A stretch of 64,000 nt of DNA from Candidatus Eiseniibacteriota bacterium (GCA_052390515.1 JBQTGV010000001.1:1-64000); one strand, 5' to 3'. Counted from the stretch's first letter, positions 27,253 through 37,382 are shown. Made by a program: numbers and translations. Notes: generated by a model not told the origin, from the sequence alone.

Positions 27253-28127
27253 ATCGACTTCACTTCGCCCCAGGTCGCCGGGTCGATGTCCACCGCGTCG
27301 CAATGAGGCACGCCCGAGGCTCCGTTGTTGTAGTTGTCCAGGCCCTCGGTGTACGAGCTGGTGGTGGATGGATGGATGGAGCAGGTGCCGATCGTCGGGA
27401 TGGGATTCAGCCCGCAGGAACTCGAGATCAGCGCCTCGGCGGCCGCGAGCGTCGCGGCGATCGGGCCGGAGCTCGCGCCGGCCAGGAGGTTGATCTTCGT
27501 CGCGATGACCTGATGCGCGAGCGAGATCAGCCCGTTGCCCTGAGCGGGCGTCCCGAAGATGGCGAGAAGCTCGGCCTGGGTATAGCTGATGCCCGCGATG
27601 GTGATCGGTCCGGACCACGCTTCGGGATGGTTCTTCCAGTACCCCTGCGTGCGCACGCAGTTGACCAAGGTCTGGGTGGTCGCGGCTATCTCCTGCGACC
27701 AACCGCTCGCCTCGTTCGTCGCATCGCCGTTCACGAGCGCGCGGAAGACGTACGCCGTCTCCGGGCTGAGCTCGTCCAGGGCGGTCGCGGTGAGACCCGT
27801 CTCGTCGAAGAGGTCGCCGATCTCCACCGTGACGACCGCGTTGCCCTCCGGAGTGAACGTCGTTCCGCCCCAGAGGTTGAGCGTGGCGGAACCGGTGAAG
27901 TCCGCCTCCTGCGGACTCGACCAGCCGTTCGCCACGAACTCGGCCCCCGTGATCCACTGGATGCGGAACCCAGCGGGCGCGCCGCTCGGTCCCACGGCCA
28001 CGGCGAGTGCGACCTTCGCCTGGCCGACGTTGCTGACGGCGAGCGAGGGGGTATCGTGCGGAACGGCGAACGCCGTGACCGGACCGGCGACGAGAACGAA
28101 AGTGGAGCACCGTAGGAATCGGTTCAT
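27243..28127 (-). CDS. Secreted hypothetical protein (FN3-like domain plus TQGYWKNH domain) with C-terminal TWGEVKSIYR
   Basis: AAGGAG RBS before MNRFLRCSTFVLVAGPVTAFA signal peptide; LSPETAYVFRA (FN3-like); CVRTQGYWKNHPEAW. Confidence 0.75.
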   Translation of the reverse strand: MNRFLRCSTFVLVAGPVTAFAVPHDTPSLAVSNVGQAKVALAVAVGPSGAPAGFRIQWITGAEFVANGWSSPQEADFTGSATLNLWGGTTFTPEGNAVVTVEIGDLFDETGLTATALDELSPETAYVFRALVNGDATNEASGWSQEIAATTQTLVNCVRTQGYWKNHPEAWSGPITIAGISYTQAELLAIFGTPAQGNGLISLAHQVIATKINLLAGASSGPIAATLAAAEALISSSCGLNPIPTIGTCSIHPSTTSSYTEGLDNYNNGASGVPHCDAVDIDPATWGEVKSIYR

Positions 28128-28405
28128 CGAGCGGCTCCTTGCGCGAATGCCACGGGGCCGGACCTGGCCTCGTGCGGGGGGCGAAGAGCCGAGGCCGGGC
28201 GCCGGGGGAACAGGTGCTCGGGCTCGGTGGGTCCTGAGGAGGAGAATACTCGGCCGCGACGAGCCACCGGAATCGCTTAGTTGCGATCCCACGCTCTCCG
28301 ACGGGGTGGGACCGGGCCGGCACAACGCTGGCGGCATGGTCGAACTCGGCCATGGTTCGCCTGACGGTGTGCGATGATCAGGACACCACCTGAATCTCGG
28401 CCCGC

Positions 28406-28435
28406 TTGACATCGCCGCGGGGTGAAGCATATAGT
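28406..28435 (+). promoter_or_regulatory. Sigma70-type promoter of the marR-dinB operon
   Basis: TTGACA (28406-28411), 18 nt spacer, TATAGT (28430-28435). Followed by the imperfect inverted repeat TCGGAT-T-ATCTGA (28442-28454), a candidate MarR operator. Confidence 0.7.
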
Positions 28436-28491
28436 GCGCTATCGGATTATCTGAAATCGTACAGTTAGCCGAGAGGAGCAGGGACAGCGAC

Positions 28492-28932
28492 ATGCCGGCG
28501 ACCCTCCGCTTCCTCTCGCCCATTCACCGAGCCTACCGGCAGATCGGAATCCACCTCTCGGTGGAAGTCTCGCCTCTCGAGCTGGCGCCGCCAGAGGCGC
28601 ACCTGCTCTCGTACCTGCGGAGCTATGCCCCTTGCGCGATCTCGGTGCTGCACCGGGTGTTCGGGCTTCGGCGCACCACGCTGACCAGCATGCTCGACCG
28701 GCTGGAGCGAAGGGGCCTCGTCCGCCGGGAGCTCTGCGCGACCGACCGCCGCTCGTTCCTCGTTCACCTCACGGCGGCGGGTGCGGACCTCGCCGACGTC
28801 GTGCAGAAGCCGGTCGACGACCTGGAGCGCCGCATCGGAGCGGAGCTCGCGCCGGAGGATCTGCGCGGATTCGACCGCGTGATGGAAGCCATCGCCCGCG
28901 TGACGCGGGTCCAAGTCCGGAAGGAGGAGTGA
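28492..28932 (+). CDS. MarR-family transcriptional regulator
   Basis: TTLTSMLDRLERRGLVRR...DRRSFLVHLTAAG. GAGGAG RBS. Confidence 0.92.
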   Translation: MPATLRFLSPIHRAYRQIGIHLSVEVSPLELAPPEAHLLSYLRSYAPCAISVLHRVFGLRRTTLTSMLDRLERRGLVRRELCATDRRSFLVHLTAAGADLADVVQKPVDDLERRIGAELAPEDLRGFDRVMEAIARVTRVQVRKEE

Positions 28933-28934
28933 CC

Positions 28935-29450
28935 ATGGCGACCTCGACGCAGCACCCGCCGATCACGACGGCCACGCTGCGAATCCTGTTCGAATTCAGT
29001 TACAACGTGATCAAGCAGAACGTCGACGGCATCAGCCACGAGGAGAGCCTGCGGCGGCCGCTCGACGCCGGGAATCCGCTGAACTGGGTGCTGGGACACG
29101 TGATCGCCACGCGCAATCACCTGCTCGGCAAGCTGGGCAAGGCGAAGCCGTGGACACCGGAGGAGATCCGGACGTACGACCGAGGCTCGAATCCGTACGC
29201 CGACGGGTGGCAGCCCCTTCCCTTCCCGCGGCTCGTGACCGATCTCGACCGCACCCAGGACATGCTCCGGCAGGCGCTCGGCGACCTCACGCCCGCACGG
29301 CTCGCCGAGCCGCTCCCGCCCGACCAGAACCCGTTCCGACTGGACAGCCTCGGCGAGATGTTCGCGGCGTTCAGCTTCCACGAGTCGTACCACGCCGGGC
29401 AGACGGGCATCCTGCGCCGCGTGCTGGGCCGCCCGGGAGCGATCAACTGA
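28935..29450 (+). CDS. DinB/YfiT-family protein
   Basis: NPLNWVLGHV and FHESYHAGQ His triad. AGGAGG RBS. Confidence 0.88.
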   Translation: MATSTQHPPITTATLRILFEFSYNVIKQNVDGISHEESLRRPLDAGNPLNWVLGHVIATRNHLLGKLGKAKPWTPEEIRTYDRGSNPYADGWQPLPFPRLVTDLDRTQDMLRQALGDLTPARLAEPLPPDQNPFRLDSLGEMFAAFSFHESYHAGQTGILRRVLGRPGAIN

Positions 29451-29451
29451 G

Positions 29452-29471
29452 CGGCGCCCCGAAGGACGCCG
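29452..29471. terminator. Hairpin between convergent dinB-like and aquaporin genes
   Basis: CGGCG-C-CC-CGAA-GG-A-CGCCG fills the intergenic gap; no U-tract. Confidence 0.3.
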
Positions 29472-30137
29472 TCATTCCTGGAGCACGAGGCCCTTGTAGA
29501 AGAGGGTCGCCGCGATGCCGCCGAGGATCGGACCGATCCAGTAGGCGGCGTGCAGGTCCCAGTACCCGCCGGCCAGCGCGGGACCGAGCACCCGCGCGGG
29601 GTTCATCGCCGCGCCGGTGATGGGCCCGCCGACGAGGATGTCGGCGAAGACCGCAAGCCCGACGCCGAACCCGCCGATGGCCGGCGCGCGCTTGTCCACC
29701 GCGGTGCCCCAGACGGACACCACCAGGATGAACGTCAGCACGAACTCGACGAAGATCACCGTGCCCATCCCGAAGCCCGGACCGGGCCCGGGCGTCCCGA
29801 GCTTCGCCGCGTCGATCACCTCGCCCGAGAACATCGAGCGCAGCACCAGCGCGGCCAGCAACGATCCCCCGACCTGCGCGATGAGATAGATCGGCACCGC
29901 CCCGGCCTTCACCTTTCCCCCGACCAGCATGGCGATGGTCACCGCGGGGTTGATGTGTCCCCCGGAGACGTTCATCGCCAGGGAGACGGCGATGGACAGG
30001 GCGATGCCGTGCGCCAGCGCGATCCCCAGGAGGCCGAATCCGGCTTCACCGAGTGCGGTCGCCTGCAGGATCGCGCCGGCTCCGAGGAACGTGAGGAAGA
30101 ACGTCCCGACCAGCTCCGCGGCGAAGACGCCCTTCAC
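29472..30137 (-). CDS. MIP-family channel (aquaporin)
   Basis: SGGHINPAVT and AMNPAR NPA motifs; YWIGP. Confidence 0.95.
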   Translation of the reverse strand: MKGVFAAELVGTFFLTFLGAGAILQATALGEAGFGLLGIALAHGIALSIAVSLAMNVSGGHINPAVTIAMLVGGKVKAGAVPIYLIAQVGGSLLAALVLRSMFSGEVIDAAKLGTPGPGPGFGMGTVIFVEFVLTFILVVSVWGTAVDKRAPAIGGFGVGLAVFADILVGGPITGAAMNPARVLGPALAGGYWDLHAAYWIGPILGGIAATLFYKGLVLQE

Positions 30138-30179
30138 GACGGCCGCCTCGACCGGCCGACTGCCTTCACGACGGTCGCC

Positions 30180-30842
30180 TCAACCGGCGGACTGACGCTC
30201 GGCGGCGTCCTTCAGTTTCTCGTTCGCCATGATGGCCAGCTCCACGCGCCGGTTGGCCTGCCGGCCTTCCGCGGTGTCGTTGGTCGACACGGGCTGCCCT
30301 TCGCCGTAGCCCATGATCGAGAACCGTCCGTTGTCGACGGCCAGCTGCGTGAGGTAGTGGCTCACCGACTCCGCGCGCATCTTGGACAGCTCCATGTTCC
30401 ATTCGTCGGAGCCGGTGGAGTCCGTGTGCCCCTCCACGAGCACGTTCGTGTCCGGGTACTTGTTCAGGATCGTGGCGAGGTTCTGCAGATTGGTCTGAGC
30501 CGCGGGACGCAGATCCGCCTTGTTCACGTCGAACAGGATGCCGGAGTCGAACGTGATCTTGATGCCTTCGCCGATGCGCTCGACCGTGGCGCCTTCCAAG
30601 TCGCGGTCGATCTCCTCGGCCTGCTTGTCCATCTGCCTGCCGATGTACGCACCCGCCGCCCCGCCGACCGCCGCGCCGATGATCGCCGCGACCGCGGTGT
30701 TCGATCCGGTCGCCTTGCCGATGCCTGCCCCGACGGCTCCGCCGGCCGCCCCGCCGATCACCGCGCCTTTCTGCATGCGCGAGCAGCCGAACGACGAGAC
30801 GATGAACACGACCAGCAGGCCGACCACGATGATTCGCTTCAT
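30180..30842 (-). CDS. OmpA-family lipoprotein with glycine zipper
   Basis: Lipobox SFGC, glycine zipper, ILFDVNKA, EGHTDSTG, LSKMRAESV, NRRVE. Confidence 0.93.
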   Translation of the reverse strand: MKRIIVVGLLVVFIVSSFGCSRMQKGAVIGGAAGGAVGAGIGKATGSNTAVAAIIGAAVGGAAGAYIGRQMDKQAEEIDRDLEGATVERIGEGIKITFDSGILFDVNKADLRPAAQTNLQNLATILNKYPDTNVLVEGHTDSTGSDEWNMELSKMRAESVSHYLTQLAVDNGRFSIMGYGEGQPVSTNDTAEGRQANRRVELAIMANEKLKDAAERQSAG

Positions 30843-31001
30843 GGGTTCCCCCTTGGTGTTCATGGTGGATTGCGCGGTGGAGCCTAGCACAGGGCGGGAA
30901 AGCCGGCGACAGGGCGGCGCGGACCGCCGTCACCGCCCGGATAAGTCGGGACACTGCCACTCCGGTCCCGTATCCTCGCGGGGCGGAGGGCTGGAGGGCG
31001 A

Positions 31002-33659
31002 ATGAAACGGCTGCGATGGCAAGCGACTGCTTCGGCGGCTTGGCTCGGCGCGCTGCTCACGGCCGGGGCAGCGGCCGACGCCGGACCCCGCCTGGTCCTG
31101 ATCCCACAGCGCTCCGTCCCGATGGTGTCGTGCACCGTGCTGGTCCCCGCGGGCTCGGCCCTGGAGACGCCGGAGACGAACGGCGCCGCGCACTATCTGG
31201 AGCACCTGCTCTTCAACGGGACGACGACCCGGACCCGCGAGCAGATCTACTCCGAGACGGATCTGCTCGGCGCCTACAACAACGCTTCCACCCAGCGCGA
31301 GCGCACCGTCTTCCAGCTGCTGCTGCCGTCCGAGAACTGGCGCGAAGGTCTCGCGCTGCAGGCCGACATGCTGCTGCGCTCCACGCTTCCCCCGACGATG
31401 TTCGAGAAGGAGAAGGGCATCATCCTGGAGGAGCTCGCCAAGGACCGGACGAACCCCGAGTACGAGGCGGAGCGGTTCGTGCAGCGCGTCCTCTGGGGCG
31501 AAGATCCGCGCGCGCTGCCCGTGCTCGGGACGGAAGAGTCCATCTCGGGCATGGACCCCGGGGCGCTGGCGAAGTTCTACCAGGAGCGGTACCGGCCGGA
31601 GGGATTCACGATTGTCCTGATGGGCGACATCGACGAAGCGGAGGGGCGGGCCGAGCTCGAGCGGCTGTTCGGCAAGGCCGAGGGTGATGGGGCGACGAAG
31701 CCTGTCCCGCCACGGCCGGCGTTCCTTCCCGAGTCGGCGCTGCACCGCCACGAGATCACCGGGCTCGGCAAGACGAGCGTGACCTTGATGCTCCCGATGC
31801 CGGCTGTGTCGCTCGAGAGCTTCGCCGCGGCGCGGCTGCTAGCCACGGTGCTCTCCGACGGTGAGCAGAGCGCGGTGTCGCGGGCGGTGGAGGCTGCCGG
31901 CGCGACCGTGCTGTCGGCCGGCGCGTCTCTCGAGGCGGGCGAGCCATGGTCGCTGCTGGCGGTCTCGGTCGACGTCGCCGAAGGCGGGCCGAGCGGCGAG
32001 GCGGTCGTGCAGGCCATCCTCGCGCACCTCGTGAAGCTGGTCAGCGAGCCCTCCGTCGCGCACGATCTGCCGGCCGCGCAACGAACGCTGCTCGTCGAGG
32101 ACATCTCGCTGCGCGAGAAAATGCATTACTACGGCCTGATGCGCGCGGACCTGCTGGACGGAGGCGATCCGTCGATCGCCGAGTCCCTGCTGGTCCGGAC
32201 CCGGACCTGCAGCGAGCACAGCGTGAGGGAGGTCCTTCGCGACGCGCTCGCGTCCGGGCAGATCCTGACCACAACCGTCGGGCCGGGTGCCGGGGATGCC
32301 ATGACGCCGCTGACAGTGCCGCCGGTCCCGGCGGACGTACGATTCGCCATGGTAGTCGATGGGGCGCCCGTCGGGCCACTTGCGCTTCCACCCTCCCGGC
32401 CCGCGGTGACCGAACCCGAGTCCCGCCGCATCGTACTGCCGAACGGACTCACGCTGATCCACCAGGCCAGCCCCGACGCGCGGACCTTCGCCGTGCATGT
32501 CCTCTTCAAGGACCGCGCGGAGCTCGAGGAGCAGACCGGCGTGCCGCGCGGCACCTCCGACGTGATCCACCGCATGATGGCGCTCGGCACGGCGACGCTC
32601 GACGAGAACCGGCTCCGCGGACGGCTCGCAGAGCTAGGCACGAGCCTCAAGGTCACCGACGCGGACGGCATTCCCTACGACGACTACTACTTCAGTCCGG
32701 AGCACTCGTACGTGCGGCTGGAGACGATCGATTCGTTCGGCCTCGACGCGCTGGCCCTGCTCGGCGAGATCGTCGTCACTCCCCGGCTCACCGAGGAGAC
32801 GTTGGACAAGGCGAGGACCGCCGCGGCGACGCGCGCGGAGGCGGAGGTCGGATCGCCGCGGTCCGTGGCGGAGCGAGGATTCCTGGACGCGCTCGGGGCG
32901 AACCACCCCGAGTCCGGCGGCGTGCTCGGCTCGGCGGCGGCGATCCGCGGCCTGACGCTCGAGCAGGTGACGCAGCACCACGCGGCGATGACTGCACCGG
33001 AGCGTCTCGTGCTCGCCGTGTCCAGCAACCTGCCGTACGACGCCATCGAGGAGGCGGTCACCCGCGGTTTCCCCTCCGCCGGGGGGGGTGAGCCGCTACC
33101 CGCCCGAGACTGGCACGCGTCCGGTGAGCCAGCCCGTCACGAGACGCCGACCGGCCGCGAACAGTCCTGGATCCTGCTCGGTGCTCCGCTCGACGTGCCT
33201 TCAGCCGACGAAGCAGCGCTCCGCGTCGCCGTGGCCGTCCTCTCCGAGAGGCTCGCCGAGGAGCTCCGCGAGCGCGAAGGCCTCGCCTACTCGATCGGCG
33301 CTGGCGCGCGCCTTGAATCTCCCGGCGCGTACATCCGCATGTCCGCCGGTACGCGCCCCGAGAACCTCGAGCGTATGGAGGAGGGGATGCTCCGCGTCGC
33401 CGCCGAATTGGCCGCGCGGCCGCCGGCACAGGACGAGCTCACGGGCGCCCGCAACCGCGACGAGGGCCGCCGCCGCATGCGCCGCCTCACCCGCATCGGG
33501 CAGGCGCATGCCATGGCCATGGCGGAGCTGGCCGGGCGCTCGCCCACCGCGCTCGACGCGGATCTGCCCGCGCTCCGCTCGGTGACGCCGGAGGACGTCG
33601 CGCGCGTGGCATCCGCGTACCTCCGGTTCGAGCCGCGGATCGTCTCGGTCGCGCGTTGA
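31002..33659 (+). CDS. M16 (pitrilysin-like) zinc peptidase, exported
   Basis: Signal peptide; AHYLEHLLFNGT (HxxEH), EKGIILEE, second half with LPNGL and LREREGLAYS. Confidence 0.9.
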   Translation: MKRLRWQATASAAWLGALLTAGAAADAGPRLVLIPQRSVPMVSCTVLVPAGSALETPETNGAAHYLEHLLFNGTTTRTREQIYSETDLLGAYNNASTQRERTVFQLLLPSENWREGLALQADMLLRSTLPPTMFEKEKGIILEELAKDRTNPEYEAERFVQRVLWGEDPRALPVLGTEESISGMDPGALAKFYQERYRPEGFTIVLMGDIDEAEGRAELERLFGKAEGDGATKPVPPRPAFLPESALHRHEITGLGKTSVTLMLPMPAVSLESFAAARLLATVLSDGEQSAVSRAVEAAGATVLSAGASLEAGEPWSLLAVSVDVAEGGPSGEAVVQAILAHLVKLVSEPSVAHDLPAAQRTLLVEDISLREKMHYYGLMRADLLDGGDPSIAESLLVRTRTCSEHSVREVLRDALASGQILTTTVGPGAGDAMTPLTVPPVPADVRFAMVVDGAPVGPLALPPSRPAVTEPESRRIVLPNGLTLIHQASPDARTFAVHVLFKDRAELEEQTGVPRGTSDVIHRMMALGTATLDENRLRGRLAELGTSLKVTDADGIPYDDYYFSPEHSYVRLETIDSFGLDALALLGEIVVTPRLTEETLDKARTAAATRAEAEVGSPRSVAERGFLDALGANHPESGGVLGSAAAIRGLTLEQVTQHHAAMTAPERLVLAVSSNLPYDAIEEAVTRGFPSAGGGEPLPARDWHASGEPARHETPTGREQSWILLGAPLDVPSADEAALRVAVAVLSERLAEELREREGLAYSIGAGARLESPGAYIRMSAGTRPENLERMEEGMLRVAAELAARPPAQDELTGARNRDEGRRRMRRLTRIGQAHAMAMAELAGRSPTALDADLPALRSVTPEDVARVASAYLRFEPRIVSVAR

Positions 33660-35776
33660 CGCAGCGGTCGGAGCGCATCGCCGCGGTGGCCGTGGTGCTC
33701 GCCGCGTCCACGCTCTGCCTCGTGCCGCTCTTCGAGCAGGTCCGCCATCCCGAGCCGTTCCTGAACGACGCCGTCCTGCACTACGGACTCATCGAGTGTC
33801 TCGCCGGTGCACACGAACGCGGGCAGAGCGTCCTCGATCCGTGGGTGCGCGCCTGGACGCTCGGCTTTCCGCTCTTCCACTACTACCAGAACCTGCCGCA
33901 TCTCCTGGTTCTCGCGCTGGCGAAGGTCTCGTTGGGCACGCTCTCACTCCTCACCGCGTTCCGGATCGTCGAGTGGCTCGCCCTCGGCACGCTGCCCCTG
34001 CCGGTGTTCGTCGCGCTGCGGCGGTTCGGGTTCCGCCCGCTCGCGGCCGCGGCCGGCGCCATGCTCGCACTCTGGCCCAAGACCGACTACCTGCACGGCG
34101 CGGACCTGGAGAGCTACACCTGGCAGGGGCTCGGCCTGTTCACCCAGGCCGTGGGCATGTGGATCTTCCCGCTCGCGCTCGCGTGGATCTATGGAGCGCT
34201 CCGCGAGGGGCGAGGTCTCGCGGGGGCGGCGTGGCTCTGCACCGCGACGCTCCTCTCGCATCTCGTGCTCGGCTGGCTCGTCTTCGTGTTCGCCGCGGTG
34301 ATCGCTCTGCTTTCGCCCAGGGAGGTGCCGGCGCGGCTCCGCCGCCTCGCGGTCGTCGCCCTGGTGACCGCCGCCGCCTCCTCGTACCTCTGGGTGCCGA
34401 TGCTCCGCGACTACGCGTGGCACCACATGAGCGACCTCGTCCCGACGTGGAAGTACGACTCGTTCGGCCACGCCGTCGTGCTGCAGCGGCTCGCCTCGGG
34501 CGCGCTCTTCGACTTCCAGCGCCTCCCGGTGCTCACGCTGCTGCTCGCGGCCGGCCTCGTCTGGCTCGGGGCGCGCACCGCGCTCTTCGCGCTCCGTCGC
34601 ACACCGCAGTCGGAGGGCGAACGGACGCTGCTCGCCCTGTTCGCCGTGTCTCTCGCCCTGTACTTCGGACGCCCGACCTGGGGCGGCCTGCTCGACCTCG
34701 TTCCCCTCGGCGGCGGCCTGCACTGGTCCCGCCTGCTGGCCGCCGTGCACCTGCTGGGCTGCGCCGTCGCCGGGGTCGGCGCCGCGGAGCTCTTGCTTCG
34801 ACTCTCCCATCGCGGGGTGCTCGGCGTCGCCGCGGCGCTCGTTCTCGCCGGGGCCGCCGTCCTTCCGCTCGCCAAGGAGCGCACGGCGTACCTGCGCCAC
34901 AACGCGGCGCTCGTGCGTGAATCCGCCGCCGGGCTCGAGGCGGAGCGCAGCGACCTCGAGCAGGCGCTCGTCCTCGCGGCGCAGGACACCAACGGCCGAG
35001 TCTACGCCGGTCAGGGGCGGGCCGGCGGGCACACCTGGGGCGGGCAGTTCCTGGTGGGCTGGGTTCCCGTGTACGATTTCCCTCCCATGCGTCAGATGGA
35101 CGCGGTCACCTACCTGCATCACATGGCTTCGATGAACTCCGACCTGCACGATGCGTTCGACGAGCGCAACCTCGCGGACTACCGCGCGTTCAACGTGCGC
35201 CGCATCATCGCGCCGGCGGACGTCCGCTTCGCCTCCTTCGCCAGCGAGATCGGCTCGTTCGGACGCTTCCGCGTGCTGGCGGTGGACGGCCCCGGATTCG
35301 TCGAGCTGGTGGACGTGCCGTACGCGGTGGACGTGCCCCGCGAGAACGTCGCGCGGACGCACGTGGCATGGCTCCGGCGTCTGGCACCACTCGGCGTCCA
35401 CCCCGAGGTGCGGCTCACGGAAGGGTCGTCCGCGGCGTACGACGTGCGCTTCCCCGATGCGCCCCTCCCCGATTCCCCGCGCGGGGAGGTGCTGCACGTG
35501 GGGCGAAGCGGCGACGACTTCACCGCGGAGGTCCGCGCCGACCGGCCGTGCCACGCGGTGCTCAAGATGACCTACCATCCGGGTTGGCGCACGTGGGTGG
35601 ACGGAGCGCCGGCGCGAGCGGTGCACGTGCTGCCGAGCTATCTTGCCGTGCCGCTCGCCGCCGGCCGGCACACCGTGGAACTGCGCTGGGAACCCGGTCC
35701 GCTGAAGGAGATCCTGGCGGGGACGGGGATGCTCGTGCTAGTGGCGTTCACCTTCTTCGCGAGGCGGATCCGATGA
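33656..35776 (+). CDS. YfhO/PTPS-related membrane protein, GT-C-like
   Basis: NDAVLH, GFPLFHYYQNLPH, many TMs, C-terminal TYHPGWRTWVDG...GRHTVEL and a final TM. TTGA coupling. Confidence 0.7.
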   Translation: MTQRSERIAAVAVVLAASTLCLVPLFEQVRHPEPFLNDAVLHYGLIECLAGAHERGQSVLDPWVRAWTLGFPLFHYYQNLPHLLVLALAKVSLGTLSLLTAFRIVEWLALGTLPLPVFVALRRFGFRPLAAAAGAMLALWPKTDYLHGADLESYTWQGLGLFTQAVGMWIFPLALAWIYGALREGRGLAGAAWLCTATLLSHLVLGWLVFVFAAVIALLSPREVPARLRRLAVVALVTAAASSYLWVPMLRDYAWHHMSDLVPTWKYDSFGHAVVLQRLASGALFDFQRLPVLTLLLAAGLVWLGARTALFALRRTPQSEGERTLLALFAVSLALYFGRPTWGGLLDLVPLGGGLHWSRLLAAVHLLGCAVAGVGAAELLLRLSHRGVLGVAAALVLAGAAVLPLAKERTAYLRHNAALVRESAAGLEAERSDLEQALVLAAQDTNGRVYAGQGRAGGHTWGGQFLVGWVPVYDFPPMRQMDAVTYLHHMASMNSDLHDAFDERNLADYRAFNVRRIIAPADVRFASFASEIGSFGRFRVLAVDGPGFVELVDVPYAVDVPRENVARTHVAWLRRLAPLGVHPEVRLTEGSSAAYDVRFPDAPLPDSPRGEVLHVGRSGDDFTAEVRADRPCHAVLKMTYHPGWRTWVDGAPARAVHVLPSYLAVPLAAGRHTVELRWEPGPLKEILAGTGMLVLVAFTFFARRIR

Positions 35777-36846
35777 CGCCCTCCCGAGCGCGCGGCCTTC
35801 TGATGAGCACCGTCGTCGTGGTCGCCGTGCTCCTGCTACTCGTGCCGGTGGCCGAGCTGATCGTACGCGGCGTGAAGCCGCAGACCCTGCCGTCGCAGCA
35901 GGCTCTGCAGGGCGCCGTGCTCAAGGGCATGTACGTGCCCGATGACGACGCCGGCTACCGGCTCGCGCCGAACTTCGCCGGCCGCCTGGAGAAGGCCGGC
36001 ATCGTCACCGAGTTCTCCACCAACTCGCTCGGGCTGCGCGGTCCCGAGCCGGGGGCGAAGAGGGCCGCGCGCATCCTCGCGCTGGGCGACTCCTACGTGT
36101 TCGGGTGGGGCGTCGCGCAGGGCGAAGAGTGGATCGAGCTCGTCGAGAGCGAGCTGAACGCGAAGCTCGGCGCCGGCACCGTCGAGGCCTGGAACGGCGG
36201 GGTGAACGGCTACGGGACCATCGGCGCGCTCGCACACCTGCGCCGGCTCGGGCCGGCGCTGCGTCCGGATCTCGTGCTGCTCGGCTTCTTCGCCAACGAC
36301 TTCACCGACAACTTCCTCGGCAACGTCTACGAGGTCCGCGACGGCTACCTCTTCGACCGCTTCTCGCACGACTACTACCAGGAGAACTTTCTCGCTCGGG
36401 AGAGCCACCTGTACCGGCTCCTGTCGGTCGCGTGGGAGACCGCGCGGATCCGCTGGCTCGGGGGCGTGCCGACCACACGCCCGGTGCGGAACTTCACCGA
36501 GGCGGACTTCGAGCGCGGCCGGGAGATCTCCGAGCAGCTGATTCTTGCGTTTCGTGACGAGTGCGCTGCGCTCGGCGCGAGATTCGCCGTGATCTGGTTG
36601 CCCGCGGACGTGTATGCTGTAGCCGGATCGCGGCCGGAGGACATTCCCCTCCAGCACGCGCTGCAGAAGCGCATCGAGGCGGCGGGAGTCCCGAGCCTCG
36701 ACCTGCTTCCCGTTGCGACGAGCGAGCCGCGCGTCGCGGGACTCTACCTGCTCCCCGCCGACGGGCACCTCTCCGTCCGCGGGAACCGCGTCATGGGAAG
36801 GGCCGTCGCGAAATGGATCTCGGAAGAAGAGCTGCGCGGACCATGA
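35773..36846 (+). CDS. Membrane-anchored SGNH/GDSL protein
   Basis: TNSLGLRG, LGDSYVFG, NGGVNGYG, FFAND, DGHLS. ATGA coupling. Confidence 0.88.
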   Translation: MTPSRARGLLMSTVVVVAVLLLLVPVAELIVRGVKPQTLPSQQALQGAVLKGMYVPDDDAGYRLAPNFAGRLEKAGIVTEFSTNSLGLRGPEPGAKRAARILALGDSYVFGWGVAQGEEWIELVESELNAKLGAGTVEAWNGGVNGYGTIGALAHLRRLGPALRPDLVLLGFFANDFTDNFLGNVYEVRDGYLFDRFSHDYYQENFLARESHLYRLLSVAWETARIRWLGGVPTTRPVRNFTEADFERGREISEQLILAFRDECAALGARFAVIWLPADVYAVAGSRPEDIPLQHALQKRIEAAGVPSLDLLPVATSEPRVAGLYLLPADGHLSVRGNRVMGRAVAKWISEEELRGP

Positions 36847-37379
36847 AAGCGGCTCTGCCGGCTGCGTGCCTCGCCGTGCTGGCCGCGCTCGTCCCCACAT
36901 TCGCAGGAGCCGACGCGGGCGGTGCAGGCGACGCGGGCAGTCCGGCCGACGACGACGCCCGCCGCGAACCTTCGCTCTGGACCGTCGGCGCGGGCCGCTC
37001 CGGCTTCCGCGATGCTCCGGTCGCCGGGCTTCTGGCCGTCACGTACCACCATCGCCCGCTGGCCGGACCGGTCCGGCCGCTGGCAGGCGCGCTCGCTTCC
37101 GGGGACGGCAGCGGCTTCCTCTTCGGCGGATTGAGCTGCGACCTCGAGCTTCGCAGCGGGCTCGGAGCGACGCCGATCCTCACCGCCGGGTACTACGAGC
37201 GCGGCGGCGGCATGAACCTGGGCGGGGCGTTCGAGTTCCGTTCGGGGTTCGAGATCTACCATCGCGTGGGCAGCTTCTCCCGCGTCGGGCTCAGCATCCA
37301 CCACGTCTCCAACGCGGGGTTCTACGATCGGAATCCCGGGCAGGAGACGCTTTTCCTGTCGTACGGGGTGGCGCGGTAG
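36843..37379 (+). CDS. PagL-like outer-membrane acyloxyacyl hydrolase / lipid A deacylase
   Basis: Signal peptide; FEFRSG, HHVSNAG...NPGQE catalytic motif, beta-strand pattern. ATGA coupling. Confidence 0.82.
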   Translation: MKAALPAACLAVLAALVPTFAGADAGGAGDAGSPADDDARREPSLWTVGAGRSGFRDAPVAGLLAVTYHHRPLAGPVRPLAGALASGDGSGFLFGGLSCDLELRSGLGATPILTAGYYERGGGMNLGGAFEFRSGFEIYHRVGSFSRVGLSIHHVSNAGFYDRNPGQETLFLSYGVAR

Positions 37380-37382
37380 ACG

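Noticed and set aside
28128-28400. Long intergenic region with small hairpins, possible riboswitch or ncRNA
   Set aside because: I recognised no known aptamer consensus; an Rfam/Infernal search would be needed.
33081-33088. G8 homopolymer as a phase-variation site in the M16 peptidase
   Set aside because: Short, in frame, encodes a Gly linker, and expected by chance at this GC content.
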